A stretch of 64,000 bases of DNA from the NCBI GenBank assembly GCA_951406725.2, contig OX597816.1, positions 117,428,001 through 117,492,000 on the forward strand. The letters run 5' to 3'. This stretch comes from Octopus vulgaris (Eukaryota). Below the pieces are notes generated by a model, which saw nothing but the letters and a program-made list of their open reading frames with translations, had not been told where the DNA came from and did no database searches. The translations under genes were made by a program, and so were the position numbers. Positions 14,145-28,090 of the stretch are shown piece after piece. Each line of letters opens with the position of its first letter. Position 1 is the stretch's first letter.

Positions 14145-16045
14145 GCAGTTAGAGCCCACATCTCACTACCATGTAACATAGCCATTCTCACACAAGCATC
14201 ATACAATCTACCTTTCACTCTGAGAGAGAGAGAGTCTTTTTGCTGCCAACAGAGGTAGTAGTTCTCTGGACTTCCTCCACCCTATTCTTATTCTAGAAAC
14301 AATATTTTCAGAGCATCCACCACTGTTACTAATTTGGTTACCTAAATAGTAGAAACTACCTACTACCTCAAGAGAGCCTCCTGGGCATTTGAGAGAGTTT
14401 AAGTCCCTTGTGCTCTTAGTAGTTACTGTTCCTATGCATCTGCTACACCTGAAAGCAACCTTATCTGATAACCTTCCCACAATTCCACTGTATCTCTTAT
14501 ACTTCCATAGCTTACATTTGGTGCAGCAAATGGAATTATATCCCACTCCTTCCCTACATATTGAACAGGGCCATTTGCCAGCCAGAATAACAACAAATTT
14601 AGTCTTAGCTAAGCTAACTTTAAGGCCCTTTGATTCTAGGTTTTGCTTCCAAACCCGGAACTTCTTCAATTCTGCTTCAGATTCTGCAATAAGAGCAAGA
14701 TCATTAGCATATAGTAGTTCCCATGGGCACCCAGTTTTGAATTCATCTGTTATGGTCTTGAGAACTATGATGAATAAGAGTGGACTAAGAACTGATCCCT
14801 GGTAACTTGTACATTAAATTCATCACTGTTTTCAAGGCTAATTCTCACCTTATAGACAGCATCGCTTTTCATGGTTTGAACTTATCTAATAAGCCACTCC
14901 TTTACTCCTAGCTTCTTTAGAGACCAAATAAGAGAGCAGGGAACCCTGTCAAATGCTTTCTCCAGGTCAATGAAGGCTAAGTACAATGGCTTACTTTTGG
15001 ACAAAGACTTTTCTTGCAACTGTCTCACTATGATTGCATTTGTGGTACTTCTCAAGGAACAAAACAAACTGCACCTCATCTAGTTTAATTTTATCTCTAA
15101 TTAGTTGAGATATAACTCTCTCTGTAATTTTCATGACCTGATCCAGCAGTTTGATACCTCTGTATTTGTTTCTATCTAAGGCATCACCTTTACCCTTATA
15201 ACAGCTGACTATAATATTGCTACACCAGTCTTTGGGGATGACACCTTCCTGAATAGCCTGATAAACTATGTGAGTGGCTAGGCTGTATCCCACTCCACCT
15301 GATATTTTAATCATCTCGGCAGTGATACCTGATGGTCCAGGGGCTTTCCCAGTCTTCATTTTCGTAATTGCTTTATCGATTATACTGCTATCTGCTCTGA
15401 TGGCTGGTCCCTCAATTGGTTCAGTATTTGAAAAACTCTGCTTCCCCCAGTCATTCTCCACATTTAACAACTTTTCATAATGGCATCTCCATGCATCTTT
15501 CTTCTCTGAGTCACTAAGTGCAAGCATACCATTATCCATATGTACACATTTCTCACTTACCACTTCTCTATTCTCTCTGATATACTGCTTTGCAATCCTG
15601 AATTCCTCATGCTTCTGATCTTCATGCTGCATAACATTGGCAAACTTCTTACCTTCTGATATTCCTTTTGCTATGTAAACCGGTTACCTAGCCTTCCTTC
15701 TGGTTCCCTGAAGCTTTGCTTCCAGTTTTTCCAGTCCTTTCAGGCCTGTCTCTTTGCTTTTATAGCACTGTCTACCTCCTTGTTCCACCACCAAGTCACC
15801 TTTGGCCTGGCTGAGACTGCACCAACTACAGATTTGGTCAGTGGCACCCAGTAAATTCTCCCACTGGAACTTCCAGTTGTCCTCTAAGCTATATGTCCCT
15901 TACTCGTTCTCCTCTCTATCATCAGAGGCTTCCAGTAGAATGTCTCTAAATTTTTTTGGTTTGCTGGGTCTTGAAGCTTCCATAATCTCCTTTCCAATAT
16001 GGTTTATGTCTTTGAGTCTCTCTAGTCCTAATTCTGAAGTCATTA
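14145..16045 (-). mobile_element. Degenerate RTE-clade LINE (RT fragments)
   Basis: ORFs 14991-15632, 14882-15079 and 14208-14669 are colinear with the RTE at 42.4-44.2 kb ([28 protein letters not shown]). Multiple frameshifts. Confidence 0.9.
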
Positions 16046-16099
16046 ACTAGTATCTGTCTGTCTGTCCATCCATACACACACACACACACACGAAATATG

Positions 16100-16350
16100 C
16101 ATCATCATCATTGTCATCATCATCATTGTCATCATTTAACATCTGTTGTCCATGCTGGCATGGGTTGGACGGTTTGGCCACAGCTGGCAAACTGGAAGGC
16201 TGCACCAGACTCCAGTCTGATTTGGCATGGTTTCTATGGCAAGATGCCCTTCCTAATGCTAACCACTCTGAGAGAGTGTAATGGGTGCTTTTACGTACCA
16301 CTGGCACAGGTGCCATTTGCATAACACCGGTATCTGCCATGACTGTGATT
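16100..16350 (-). mobile_element. RTE 3' tail copy
   Basis: (CAT)n end plus homology to 44530-44725. Confidence 0.8.
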
Positions 16351-17050
16351 TTGCATATATATATGGATATATATGTGTGTGCGTGTGTGAAGGGTAAAAG
16401 ATATCCTGGAAATGTGGTCTCTGAAGTGTTGGTTGTAGCTCTGACAACCTATTTAAGAACATCATGATTTTGAATAAGAATTGATAAAGGATAGTAAATG
16501 CTTAAGTCTTGCTACTGACAGTTGTTGCAGTGCAGGTAGCACAGTAATACACTCTCGGTCTATGCTGTAGGTGATTGGAATAGCATGAAGCTGTAAATAA
16601 CTGTGCAAAAGAAAAAGAAACATTATAATGGTTAAGATGTTGATATTATAAGTTACAATGCAAGCAATTATTGGATTGGCCAGTAACTCCGAATAAGAAC
16701 TGGAATAGACTGGGAAATTCAAGTAACTCCTACAGGGTCAGTGACACAATGAAATGTATTCAGTGTATGCTGTTGTACCTTGTGTTATACCAATGTTGCT
16801 GGAATGAGTTGTTGGTTGGTTTGTGGAAGGCTGTGTATAATAATTGAGCAAACATTTAAACATGATTTATTATTCCTGCACAAGCCATATGGAGTTGGCC
16901 GTGTGTTACAAATATACATTTACAGTCAGCAAGATGAAAGAAATATATTGCAACATGCACGGTAGCTGGATATCAAACATTTACCACTGGGGCTGGATTA
17001 AATGCAAGGAATATAAATTCATGCACTGCTTCATATCTGCCATTATAACT

Positions 17051-17355
17051 CATCATCATCGTTTAACGTCCATTTTCCATGCTAGCATGGGTTGGGCGGT
17101 TCAACTGGGGTCTGGGAAGCCAGGAGGCTGCACCAGGCTCCAGTCTGATCTGGCAGTGTTTCTACAGCTGGATGCCCTTCCTAACGCCAACCACTCCATG
17201 AGTGTAGTGGGTGCTTTATACATGCCACCGGCACAGGGGCCAGAGGAGGCTGGCAATGGCCATGATTGGTTGGTGCTTTTTACATGCCACCAGCATGGAA
17301 GACAGTCAAGGCGGTGCTGACATTGGCCACTTTCAAATAGTGCTTTTTACATGGA
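17051..17355 (-). mobile_element. RTE 3' tail copy
   Basis: Near-identical to 13585-13880. Confidence 0.85.
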
Positions 17356-17849
17356 GCCAGTTGTTCTGGCCTGATGTCTACAACATTCAGCAGACTGGTA
17401 CTTAAAATCAACTCAATTTATAATATTTGTGGGGAAATGTTCTAGGACCTTCCAAAATAATCTTTCATGTGATGTCTGGTTCCTGACTGGACGATAACTT
17501 GACTGCACACATGATCAAACTGCTGCTATGTCATGACTTGAAATCTGCAATGTGGCAACATGAGTTTGAATCTTGCTACACTGTGATGTGATTGGTGATA
17601 GGAAGGTCATTCAGCTGCAAAAACCATGCAAAAAAAGAATGTGCCATACAGAGATTGGTGATTTCCTCTATTGCTTGTGTGTCAAATGATAGAAGATTAA
17701 ATTCTGTGAGACTCATTAATAAGTTGATTTATAATTCAAGGGCTTCTTCATGTCTTGAATTTTATAATTTGTGTTTTAAGTACAGGATTTGTAATTGCAT
17801 GCTACTTTTGGAAAATGATGTAGTCCGTATGTTATTTCATTACCTATAT

Positions 17850-18068
17850 CAGTGGTTTTCAACCAGGGTTCCGCGGAACCTTGGGGTTCCGCCAGTACAG
17901 TCCAGGGGTTCCGCAAGAAGTTACAAAACTGCTAAAATCAGCAGTAATTTTTAATTCTCCTGTGCAGATATGTGTGCATAAGACTATTAAATTATTGCAC
18001 AGGGGTTCCTCGAGCCAGTGGAATGTTTCCTTGGGGTTCTGCTCCAGCAAAAAGTTTGAAAAGCACTG
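17850..18068. mobile_element. hAT (Charlie-like) MITE
   Basis: TIRs CAGTGGTTTTCAAC / GTTTGAAAAGCACTG. Perfect 8-bp TSD ACCTATAT at 17842-17849 and 18069-18076. Confidence 0.92.
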
Positions 18069-18303
18069 ACCTATATTGTTTGATATTTATAGTTATTGTC
18101 TCCTATACAATTATTTTTTAATTATGATATAACAAATATTAAAATATAAGGAGCCATTTGAAAGGTTTATTCTAAACCATGAAGCAGGTGTAGAGGAGGA
18201 TTTGAAATGTTTTCCATTTTATTATATTTGATATTGAAATATTCCACTAATTTCATATATCTGTGCATATTTAACCTTTTTTTTTTATCTATTTAATTGA
18301 CAG

Positions 18304-18466
18304 TTTCTTCAGTAAACCAACATACCACATAGAATGGACAAGACCAAACGAGTATACTGAAATACGTGTCAGTTCAAAGATGTTATTAGATCATTTACCC
18401 AACTCATTAGATGATGCTCTTGAAAGACTTAATGTGCCTTATGAAGAGTTTGCTGCTCAAGTATGA
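18304..18466 (+). CDS. DAGLB: DAGL-beta-like terminal coding exon with the catalytic histidine and stop codon
   Basis: Phase-2 acceptor after a 12 kb intron. Encodes FFSKPTYHIEWTRPNEYTEIRVSSKMLLDHLPNSLDDALERLNVPYEEFAAQV*, where MLLDHLP matches the DAGL ML.DH.P motif. TGA at 18464-18466. An alternative in-frame acceptor is possible at 18313. Confidence 0.87.
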
Positions 18467-19462
18467 TATCAACCTTTAATCTTCTCATCAAGCTCATTAC
18501 ATTAAATATTTCTCATCTCCCACGAACAAATATTCAAATGTTTCAGTCAGTGATCGTATTCAGACATTCATTATTTTGCTGCCTACTTATGGTTGATGAA
18601 TTAACTCTAATTTATAATTGCTGCTGTTTTATACCTGATTATTCTTTTGGTTCTTTACTTAATTGATTTTGGAGACTTTCTAAATATTTTTCAGTACAAC
18701 AGAGTGTATTTTTCTGTTATAATTTAATTAAATTATATTGGATATTCTGGTATGGATGGCAGTAAACTCTCAGTGTATGACCTGATTTTCAAACTTCTTT
18801 TACTTAAAATTTTTATGCTTTTGAAAGAGGCATAAATGTCACTACTCTGTTTCTTTTTCTTCTAAAATCTGAAGCTTCACGCTTAAGAGGTTGTCATTGG
18901 GGGGGATGAGCGACAAAATTGTATATTGTAAATGTTCCAAATTAATGAAGCATGACATAAAAGGTACAGCAATATTTGGCAGAATAGTTTTTGTTGTCAA
19001 GAGGTTGACCTGATAAAAATTGACAAATTTGCTTTTTATAGTTAGACATGAATATTTTTTCATTTTTATTTTTCTGAATTCCTTTATTATAACTGTATTT
19101 TCATTTTCTCTGAACTTCCAATAATAATCCCACTTTTTTTCCTTTGTAATATAATCATTGAAACACTGTGATAAAACCGGAATGTCATTCCCTGCCAACA
19201 ACATATGTTTTGGAGCTATGGGAGTGCATGGGTGGGAATTCTTTGATTCAAAGAAACTTATATTTGTCTTCTGTCAATATATTTTACCTAGTATAAAAAT
19301 TAAAGCATTAGAATAGATTGTTATTGGGGTTATCAAAATACTTTAAGACATAGTGTAAAAGTATCAGGATATTCTGATGTAAACAAATTATATTTTGAAC
19401 GTGTATTATTTTAAATAAGAATGAAACTGTTAAAAAGTATAAAATGTCATAGTTTTGGTCTT

Positions 19463-19503
<41 letters not shown>

Positions 19504-20331
19504 TTATACAAGACTAGTAATTAATTTAAGATTTTTATCAGCACAAATGTATTTGCACATATTAAGAAATATCTTTAAAATGTCTCTTTAATCATTTTCT
19601 GCACAGGTCAATAATTATTTATTGAAAGTGTTTAGGTTCACTGATTTTTGTTTTCTTTTTTTATTCTCCAAATCAAGAGACAGTTTTCAAAATTAGATTG
19701 AAACAAAAATGCAAAACTAGTATTGATGGCCATTAAAAAAAAATCAAGTAGTGAAATATTTTTGCATTATTCAATTAGTGGCAACTGCAACAAACTGTTT
19801 GCCATTAGCTGTAGCAATATTTTGTTCACATGTATATTTATATTTAATTTATTTTTCTATATTTTTAAACACTCTTGTTAAATGCTTTTAATTTAACTTA
19901 GCTTTAAATGTATTTAATTCCTAAAATAAATTGTTACTATTGTTTGATTTTATTTTTACCTTCTAATTTATTCCAAATTGAAAACACCCACCTACTTCTT
20001 ATTTTGATAGTTAATGCAAATTACTTATTTGTATACTATATTATTTGGTGTATGTGATCACATAGATAGAGAAGAGAATATTGTTCAAATTTTTATTTTA
20101 TTTGTGTCATGCTAGTTGAGAAGTTTCATTGAAGAAAACAAAATTCATTTATGAACTTAACAATTTGCTGGAGCCTGATTGATTTCTGAAGAATACATGA
20201 ACTTAACACAATATTTCAGTTAATAGTATTTAGCTATTAAGTAGCAAGAGGTAAAAATCAAGACTATTTTGTTATTCTTCTCTGTAGTGCAATCATTACT
20301 GATAATATTTATTCTGTTAACTTATTAACTT

Positions 20332-20350
<19 letters not shown>

Positions 20351-20362
<12 letters not shown>

Positions 20363-21360
20363 GGAAAATAATTGCAAAAGTGTAGAAATAAATACTAAAT
20401 CTAATTATAAACTCATGAAACCTGATACTAAATATACCAATAAGAAAGGTAAAAATAAAAAATTTAGTAAAACAGAATTTAACAGCATTGATAAGAATAT
20501 ATTTGAAAATTCTTATAATAAACAAAATATAAATAATAAAGGAAGATATACTCCTTGCATAAATTCTGAAAAACATAATATGGATTATGAGTGTCTTAAT
20601 AAAACAAATACTTTGTGGTTCATCATCCCCTTTGCAAGTCAAATTAAAAATAACAGTCAAATCTATTTACTAATCAATACAGGAATATTTAAATAAAGTT
20701 AATAAGTATAGTGAAATTATTAATTCTAAATCTATAAGAGTTTGTCATTCTTTATCAAAAAATCTTTTTGCATTTATATCCTCAGTTAATAATAGAAAAT
20801 TGGATACTTTTTATAACAGCCGTAACTTAAATAAAAATGATGTTAGGGTAAATTACAATAATAGAAGACATATAACCGATATTAACTTTCTTCCTAACCC
20901 TAATAATAGAAATAATAAAAATGAAAATAATTCTATTAATAATAATGTTAATATGAATTGTGATTGTAGGATTAAAGAAAATTGTAAACTTAATAATAAC
21001 TGTAAACAGGACAACCTGGTATATAGGTATATAGTTAAATCTGAAAGAAAGGCATACCATTACATAGGCTCAGCTGAAACTAGATTTAAACGAAGAATCG
21101 CAAACCATGAAAGTTGTTTTAGAAATAGGCATAAAATTAACAATACTAGTCTCAGCAAATTTATATGGATGTTAAAGGATAATGGAAATGATTATACAAT
21201 TAAATGAGAGGTTGTAAGCCATGCTATGGCTTACCATATTTCAAATAGGAAATGCTGTTTATGTACCAAAGAGATTTTTCAAATTATAGAATCTAAACAT
21301 AAATTCTCAAAACGAGAGTATTTTAGCTTGTTGCTACTAATCAAAATGTGTTTTTAGAAA
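20351..21360 (+). mobile_element. Penelope-like element remnant (post-RT linker and GIY-YIG endonuclease)
   Basis: WFIIPF linker, CDCRIKENCKLNNNC, LVY...HYIGSAETRFKRRIANHESCF...TSLSKFIWMLKD, then CCLCTKE. In-frame stops present. Confidence 0.85.
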
Positions 21361-23131
21361 ATTTAATTAATTAGTGGATTTATATTAAACTGGAAATTGT
21401 AAGTATAGACATGTTACCACTACTCGTAATATGTCTTTAGAAAATTAATTAATTTAGTAAATTAATAATTAATTGAACTGAAAATTATAAGTATAAATAG
21501 GATATAAAATAAGTATTAAATAAAGCATATAACATCTAAACACAAATTAACTAACATGGAGAGGATGAATATTTTAATTTGTTGTGATTAACCTAAGCAC
21601 AATTTTAGAAAATCAAATAAATTTATTAAGTAGATAATAAATATAACCAAACATTAACCTATTCTAATTTGTTTTGATTAACCTAAATATAATCTAGAAA
21701 AATTAAATAAATTTATTAAATAACTAATGAATTAAACCTAACATTAAAAATACAAACATAATATAATAACTATGGCTTAATTTAAACATCACACATGTAT
21801 GTAATTTAAGGAAATTATTAATTGTCAGAAATGAAAAGAAAATTGGTTATTTATCAGGTATAATGTTTATCTTTTTTTCCCCCATATACTGTCATCAATT
21901 ACATTTTTGTCTAGTGACAGTTTTACCCTTAAAATACACTTCATGTTAGAATTTATGAAAGTATATACAAAATATGCATCCCTCTTGTCCTTAAATATTT
22001 GCCAAAAAATTCTTTATTTGCTATTAGTTATTCAAAAAAGAGCATGAATTGACAGTTTTTAGAATGTTGGGCAAAATGCCTTGTGGTATTTACTTTGTCT
22101 CTTTACATTCTGAGTTCATATCTTACCAACATCAGGAATTATTAATTATTTAATATTTATAACTATTTAATATTTGTAATTATTTACTCTTTTGGGAGAT
22201 CTTGGTAATGTTGAAATTAATATTTTTTTTGTTATCCTTGATAATTATTTCGCAAAGTTTATTAAAATTCTGTTCTTTCTAAATATTCTTTTTTTCTGAT
22301 ACAAACTAACCCATGGAAATATTGTCGAGTTACAAAAAAAATAAAACAAGAAAGTAACAACAAAAACAATACTTACTTCCTTTCCTTTTGGTTTATGTTG
22401 GGTCAGTATAATCTTCTTAATGAACACGTATTTTTATTAATTCACATAATAAAAACTGTACAGCATAAAGGCAACAGCCTACGATCAAAAGCCCACTTAC
22501 TTAGATTCTGAAAAAAACTAACAAATGACATTAAACATTTAAAGGAAATTCAAAGAATAAAGAATTTTGTCTTCATTGTAATGTTATCATTGCTATATAA
22601 GCAAGCAGATATCATACTCCCTTTTGTAAATAGCAGTCTTGAAAGTGTAAAATGTATGCGAATTGTGATTTTTAATATGCAACTGATGAGCCAGAGAGAT
22701 ATTACATTGTGGAAATATTTTTTAAGTCATTCTATAAAAACTACTGTTGTATTAATTTTTAAATGTGATGTCATTGATTAAAAAAAAAAAAGGTGCTTTT
22801 TAGTATCACTTTTATTTATCTTGGCTCAGTGTGCTCACAATCATGAAAGAAAAAGCTGATATAAATCTATATGTTAATGGTATATTAAGTTTATTATTGT
22901 TACTCAGGCATCTTGAATTGTGAATGCAAATTAAAATTATGGCTCATTATACTGCTCTGCATGTAATTGCCTAGATATCCAAATGTTATTGCATCAAAGT
23001 GCTGATGGTATACAACTGACGAACCCTTCAGACAAGAATAAAGACAAGAATAAACTTTAAGCAATTTTCTTAGAATTGAAGATTAATGATGTAGCATGTT
23101 TCTAAGATATTTCATACACGCACGCACGCAC

Positions 23132-23209
<78 letters not shown>

Positions 23210-25420
23210 GTTTATGTGCATATGTATATATGTATACATACATACTGAATACACTGTCTTGTAGATCTCAACATACCAAACCATCAAGTATGGAAAACAT
23301 TGATTATAAATGTCTATCCATGCCAGAGATTTTTTAAACAATTATTGTTAGATGTAAATGAAAAATAAAGCTATGAAATTATGTTACTGAATACAGTTAA
23401 AAAGACTTGCCACTATACAATTAATCAGGGTATAATAATGAATAGTCATTTGATATATAAGAAATAGCTGTAGTTGTTATTTGTGGGACATTAATATATA
23501 CAACTCAAGAAATGTTTGAATTACAGAAATGCTAACCACATAAGAATTTTGATTAACTGATTTATTTAACAGAATAGTGAAATCTTACTCAATAAATAAA
23601 AAAAAAAAATTGAATTAAATAAAACAAACTCTCAACATATATCCTGCAATAAGAAAATTCTGCCAAGGTTGACTTTGCCTTTCATCCTTTCAGAGTCGAT
23701 AAATTAAGTACCAGTTAGTTGTGTACTGGGGCCGATCTAATCGACTGGCCCCCCTCTCCAAAAATTTCAGGCCTTGTGCCTAAAGTAGAAAAGAATTGTA
23801 AGCAAGCTGGACAAAATGTTTAGCAGTATTTTGTCCATCTTTACATTCTGAGTTCAAATTCCACCGAAGTTGACTTTGCCTTTCATCCTTTTATGGTTGA
23901 TTAAATAAGTACCAGTTGAGCATCGAGGTCAATGTAATCGACTTACCCCTTTCCTTGATATCAGTAGCATTGAGCCAAAAATTAGGAAGAATAATATATT
24001 GAGGTTGAGTTAACTATACCTCCTACAAAAATAGGCCAAGTAGGAAATCAGTATTATTAATGAAACATTTATACTCTTGAGCAATTTCAAGTATCCCACC
24101 CTACTAAAAAAAACAACAGCCAAAAATAAAAAAAGAAGGAATCAAAGATGTTTTATTACAATACTTAAATACCATTTAGATATTAGAAAATGTATTTTTT
24201 TAGCCTCACTAAATTAAGATATATGACCAAATATTGAAAACATATTTTATGAAAAATTTTACTTTCTTGCTTTAAATATTTAATGCTTCATGAAAATCAC
24301 TCTTCCAATGATATTTGTACAGACAGACATAAAAAGACCCCATATTTATTGTTATATTGCTGGCCTCATTTCCTTAATACTTTATTGGAAATTTCCTTCA
24401 TTGTTCATTGTTGTTCATATGTAAACCATGCTTGAATAAATTCTGCACATTATTGAAATCTTCTATAATATGTATATACTTAATAAAATTCAATTGTTCA
24501 AATAAAGACAAAGGGAAATCTTCCATTGTAAGACCCTTATGATTGCTATGAAACCTGAAATTGTACACTAATAAGAATATTTGATCATTTCTGTGGTTAA
24601 AAAAAAACAAAAACAAAACTTTTTTTTCATGTATTTGTAATAATGTGTAATGATTGATGCTTTTAGTGTTGTGCAATATCTGCACAATATCTCTGTGTTT
24701 GTATGTGTATATGCATATCTGTATAATCATAGGCATGACATTATAGTTAAGTTTACTTCCCAACCATGTGGTTTCCCGTTCAGTCCACTGAATTTTGGGC
24801 CATATTTCTTCAACTATGCCCTGGACTGATTAAATCCTGGTTACTGAATTTTGTAGACTGAAACTAAAAGAAGCCTATAGTGTGTGTTTGTGCATGTGAA
24901 TATATATATGTGCATGTGTGTATGTCTTTTTTGTGTCTCCTTGTCTTGACATTGTATAAGAATTGCAAACGAGTGCCACTGTCATGCTAGCAGTGTTTTT
25001 TGCGACTCATGCAGACTTGGAAAGTGGATGTCAAAATGATTGTGTGTATATGAAACAAAAGATGACAGGCAATTTTAACAGGAGATCAATGTAAGCTGGA
25101 AACTAAGCTGGCTTCTCCAAATTTCTTGGGTTGCAGATCAAACTATTGTTTCACTAAAAGGAATAGGTCTTCAGCGACCTGGCTTTATGGAAGTTGCATA
25201 CTGGCAGTGAGTAAAGAATGAAAGAGATTCAAAGTTTTGGAAAAGTGTGTGTGTTTGTATATATATGTATGTGTAATATCTACTAATCTGTATGTATATA
25301 TTTTACAATGTAAAGTGAAAAAATTAAATATATATCATTGTTATTACAAGATAAAAGACAAAAAAAAAAAAGTTTCAATCAAGCTTTTCTTTTTGTTTGA
25401 TAAATCATAATTTGGAAAAT

Positions 25421-25426
25421 AATAAA
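25421..25426 (+). promoter_or_regulatory. Candidate polyadenylation signal for the lipase transcript
   Basis: AATAAA followed by a GT/T-rich tract, right at the end of the CpG-depleted domain. Many other AATAAA hexamers exist upstream, so this is tentative. Confidence 0.2.
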
Positions 25427-25530
25427 TTTCAACTGTATAAAATTATATTCATGTTTATATGTTGTTTTTAATGTTTTTATTTTTGTGACACTGTTCTTTT
25501 TGCCCTAAAAACTAATAATCAATCTTAACA

Positions 25531-25745
25531 AGGCGGCGAGCTGGCAGAAACATTAGCACGCCAGGCAAAATGTTTAGTGGTATTTCGTCTGTCTTTACGT
25601 TCTGAGTTCAAATTCCGCCGAGGTCAACTTTGCCTTCAACCTTTCAGGGTCGATAAATTAAGCACCAGTTGCGTACTGGGATCGATTTAATCGACTGGCC
25701 CTCCTCCCCCCGAACTTCGGGCTTTGAGCCTAGAGTAGAAAAGAA
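25531..25745 (+). mobile_element. Full-length SINE monomer (GGCGGCGAGCTGGCAG head)
   Basis: Head, GAGTTCAAATTC B-box-like motif, core and CTAGAGTAGAAAAG tail. Confidence 0.85.
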
Positions 25746-26311
25746 AAAAGAATAGTCAATCTTGACAACTGAGAAGCAGATTTAAGAAAAAATATGGTTA
25801 AAGGGCGACAACTTTGTTTTTGTTTTCAAAACACGCTGTGTATCGTTAGGCGTCTTCTTACGCGAGTGTATAAAGACTTAGGTAAGCCTGTATTTGTTGC
25901 GTAAGAAGCTCTGCAATTGGAAGTGGATGTAGGAGATTTAGAGATCGATAAATATTATGAAATATTGCTAATTCTTAACATAATCTACAGCTAGAGCGAT
26001 TGAGTTCAGCTGAATGAAATCATTAAAGTATTGCACGTAGGAAACATAAGACACTAGTTTCTTTTATCTTACCTTTTACTTATGTTAGTCATTTGATTGC
26101 GGCCAGGCTGGAACACCGCGTTGAAGGACTTTTAGCAGAACAAATCGTCCCCCAGTACTTATGTTTTGTTTTAAAGTCTGGTACTTATTTTATCGGTCTC
26201 TTTTGCGGAATCGCTAAGTTACGGAACCGTACTTTTGCGGAATCGCTAAATAAACCAGCACCGGTTGTCAGGCGATGTGGGGAGACTATCACACGCGCGC
26301 GCGCACATACA

Positions 26312-26362
<51 letters not shown>

Positions 26363-26959
26363 ACACACACACACACACAAGTAGCGCTCTGCCTGATTTA
26401 CCATAATGTTTATATGCGTCCACTCATTGCATATTCTTGACTTTGTGCGAACTCCATCTGCTAAAATTATCATGTAATTCCGTACCCCCAGAAACAGCTG
26501 TCGGACCTGTAATACCATACCGTCTCTCGGTAGAGCACCATAAAAAGTTATTTACAGTATTTCTTCTGGCTCTTTACGTTCTGAATTAAAATCTCACCGA
26601 GGTCAACTTTGCTTTTCAATACTTCGGGGTTGATAAAATAAAGTACTTGGGGGCGAGCTACCAGAATCGTTAGAGCGGGCATGAGCAAGCTTTTTCGACT
26701 AACGAGCTGCACGAGACTTGGTTCATCATCAGGTGGTCCGCACTACTAAAAAAATTCAGTGTAATTTTTCGTTAAGCGTGGCTTTCAGAAAGTCGCATGC
26801 TGAAAATGGGGAAGGAAGTAGAAAATGCTTCATCACGTATATGGCAGTCGAATGTGAGAGTAAAGATAAAAGCTGGCAGTAAAAGAGAGTCTCAGAACGT
26901 AGTAAAACAAAATAATTACTCGTCATAATTAGTTTATCGAGGTGGCTGCATGAATGATG

Positions 26960-28085
26960 AGGGAAAAAGTGTGCTGTAGTATGGGCCCAAAAACCTGGGC
27001 ATTCCCTGGTAGCATCAGCGCTGCATGACGCCTCTGGAAGGAATGATACTCTCAGAGAGTGCCGAAATCCTTGTGATCTCTGTATGACAGCGGATGAAGG
27101 GAGTGTTATAATAATAACGATAATAAATTCTGAGGGAAGTGCGGCAACTGTTGTTGCAAAGAAGGTAAAGTTAATGGCAAGGAACAGAGCGCATGAATAA
27201 TTGGCTAATAGGTGGGAGCAGAAACCTATGCATGGAAAATATGTGGCCCTAAAAAACAAGCTGATGTTAACCAGAAGCACACACATCAGTGGCTACGGAG
27301 CTCAGGGCTAAAGGCAGAGAGCGAAGACTTTATCTTAGGTGCTAAAGATCAAAGCTTACCGACCCAGCCAATGTGATGAAGAATGGAGTAGATCCAAAAT
27401 GTCGATTCTACAATGATGAAATTGAAACAGTTGACCACTTAATCTCTAAATGTAAAGTTTTGGTACCCTTGGTATATAAATCAAGACATCATACCTGGTC
27501 AATATCTGCACTGGTTAATTCGGCGGCATTATAAAATCAAAACTGTTGACAAATTGTATAACCACCACCCTGAGGTTGTAACTGAGGGAGAAAATGTAAT
27601 GATTCTTTGGTACTTTCCAGTACATATAAACCGAACCATCAAAGCTAATAAACCAGATATTGTTGTGAAAGACTATAACAATGAAGTTTATTGATCGACA
27701 TGAGTATTTCTTGTGATCATAAAGAATTTGATAATCTCAGAAAATATAAAAAATTCTCATTGAAATCGAAAAAATGTGACATCTCAAGGCGGTTACCAGT
27801 GAGTGTAGGCGCACAACGAATGATAAATAAAAGAACTGAAAATTATTTGAGGATGATTCCTAGCTTACCATCCATGCAAGAAGTGCATAAGATCGTTTTA
27901 AATGATACGTTACACGCATTGAGAAGAACATTGTCGCTGCGAGAATGATTACCAGCCAGGTGATTTTTAAAAAAACTTCATTTGATTTTGTAAATCAACA
28001 ATGTTTACAGTGAATTTCTTTGCCCTTGGTGTCGGGAAGGAAAAGAAATAAAATCGAAAGAAGAAAAACTCATAATAATGATAAT
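26960..28085 (+). mobile_element. R4/Dong-like non-LTR retrotransposon 3' remnant (CCHC plus restriction-like endonuclease)
   Basis: Decayed HGKY, QWLRSSGLKAESE, CRF...ETVDHLISKC, LHW, ILW, ANKPDIVVKD and LIDMS motifs. Ends in a short TAA/TGA tract. Confidence 0.75.
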
Positions 28086-28090
28086 GGATT

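Noticed and set aside
22683-22720. CTGATGA...GAAA motif
   Set aside because: No supporting stems, so a chance match.
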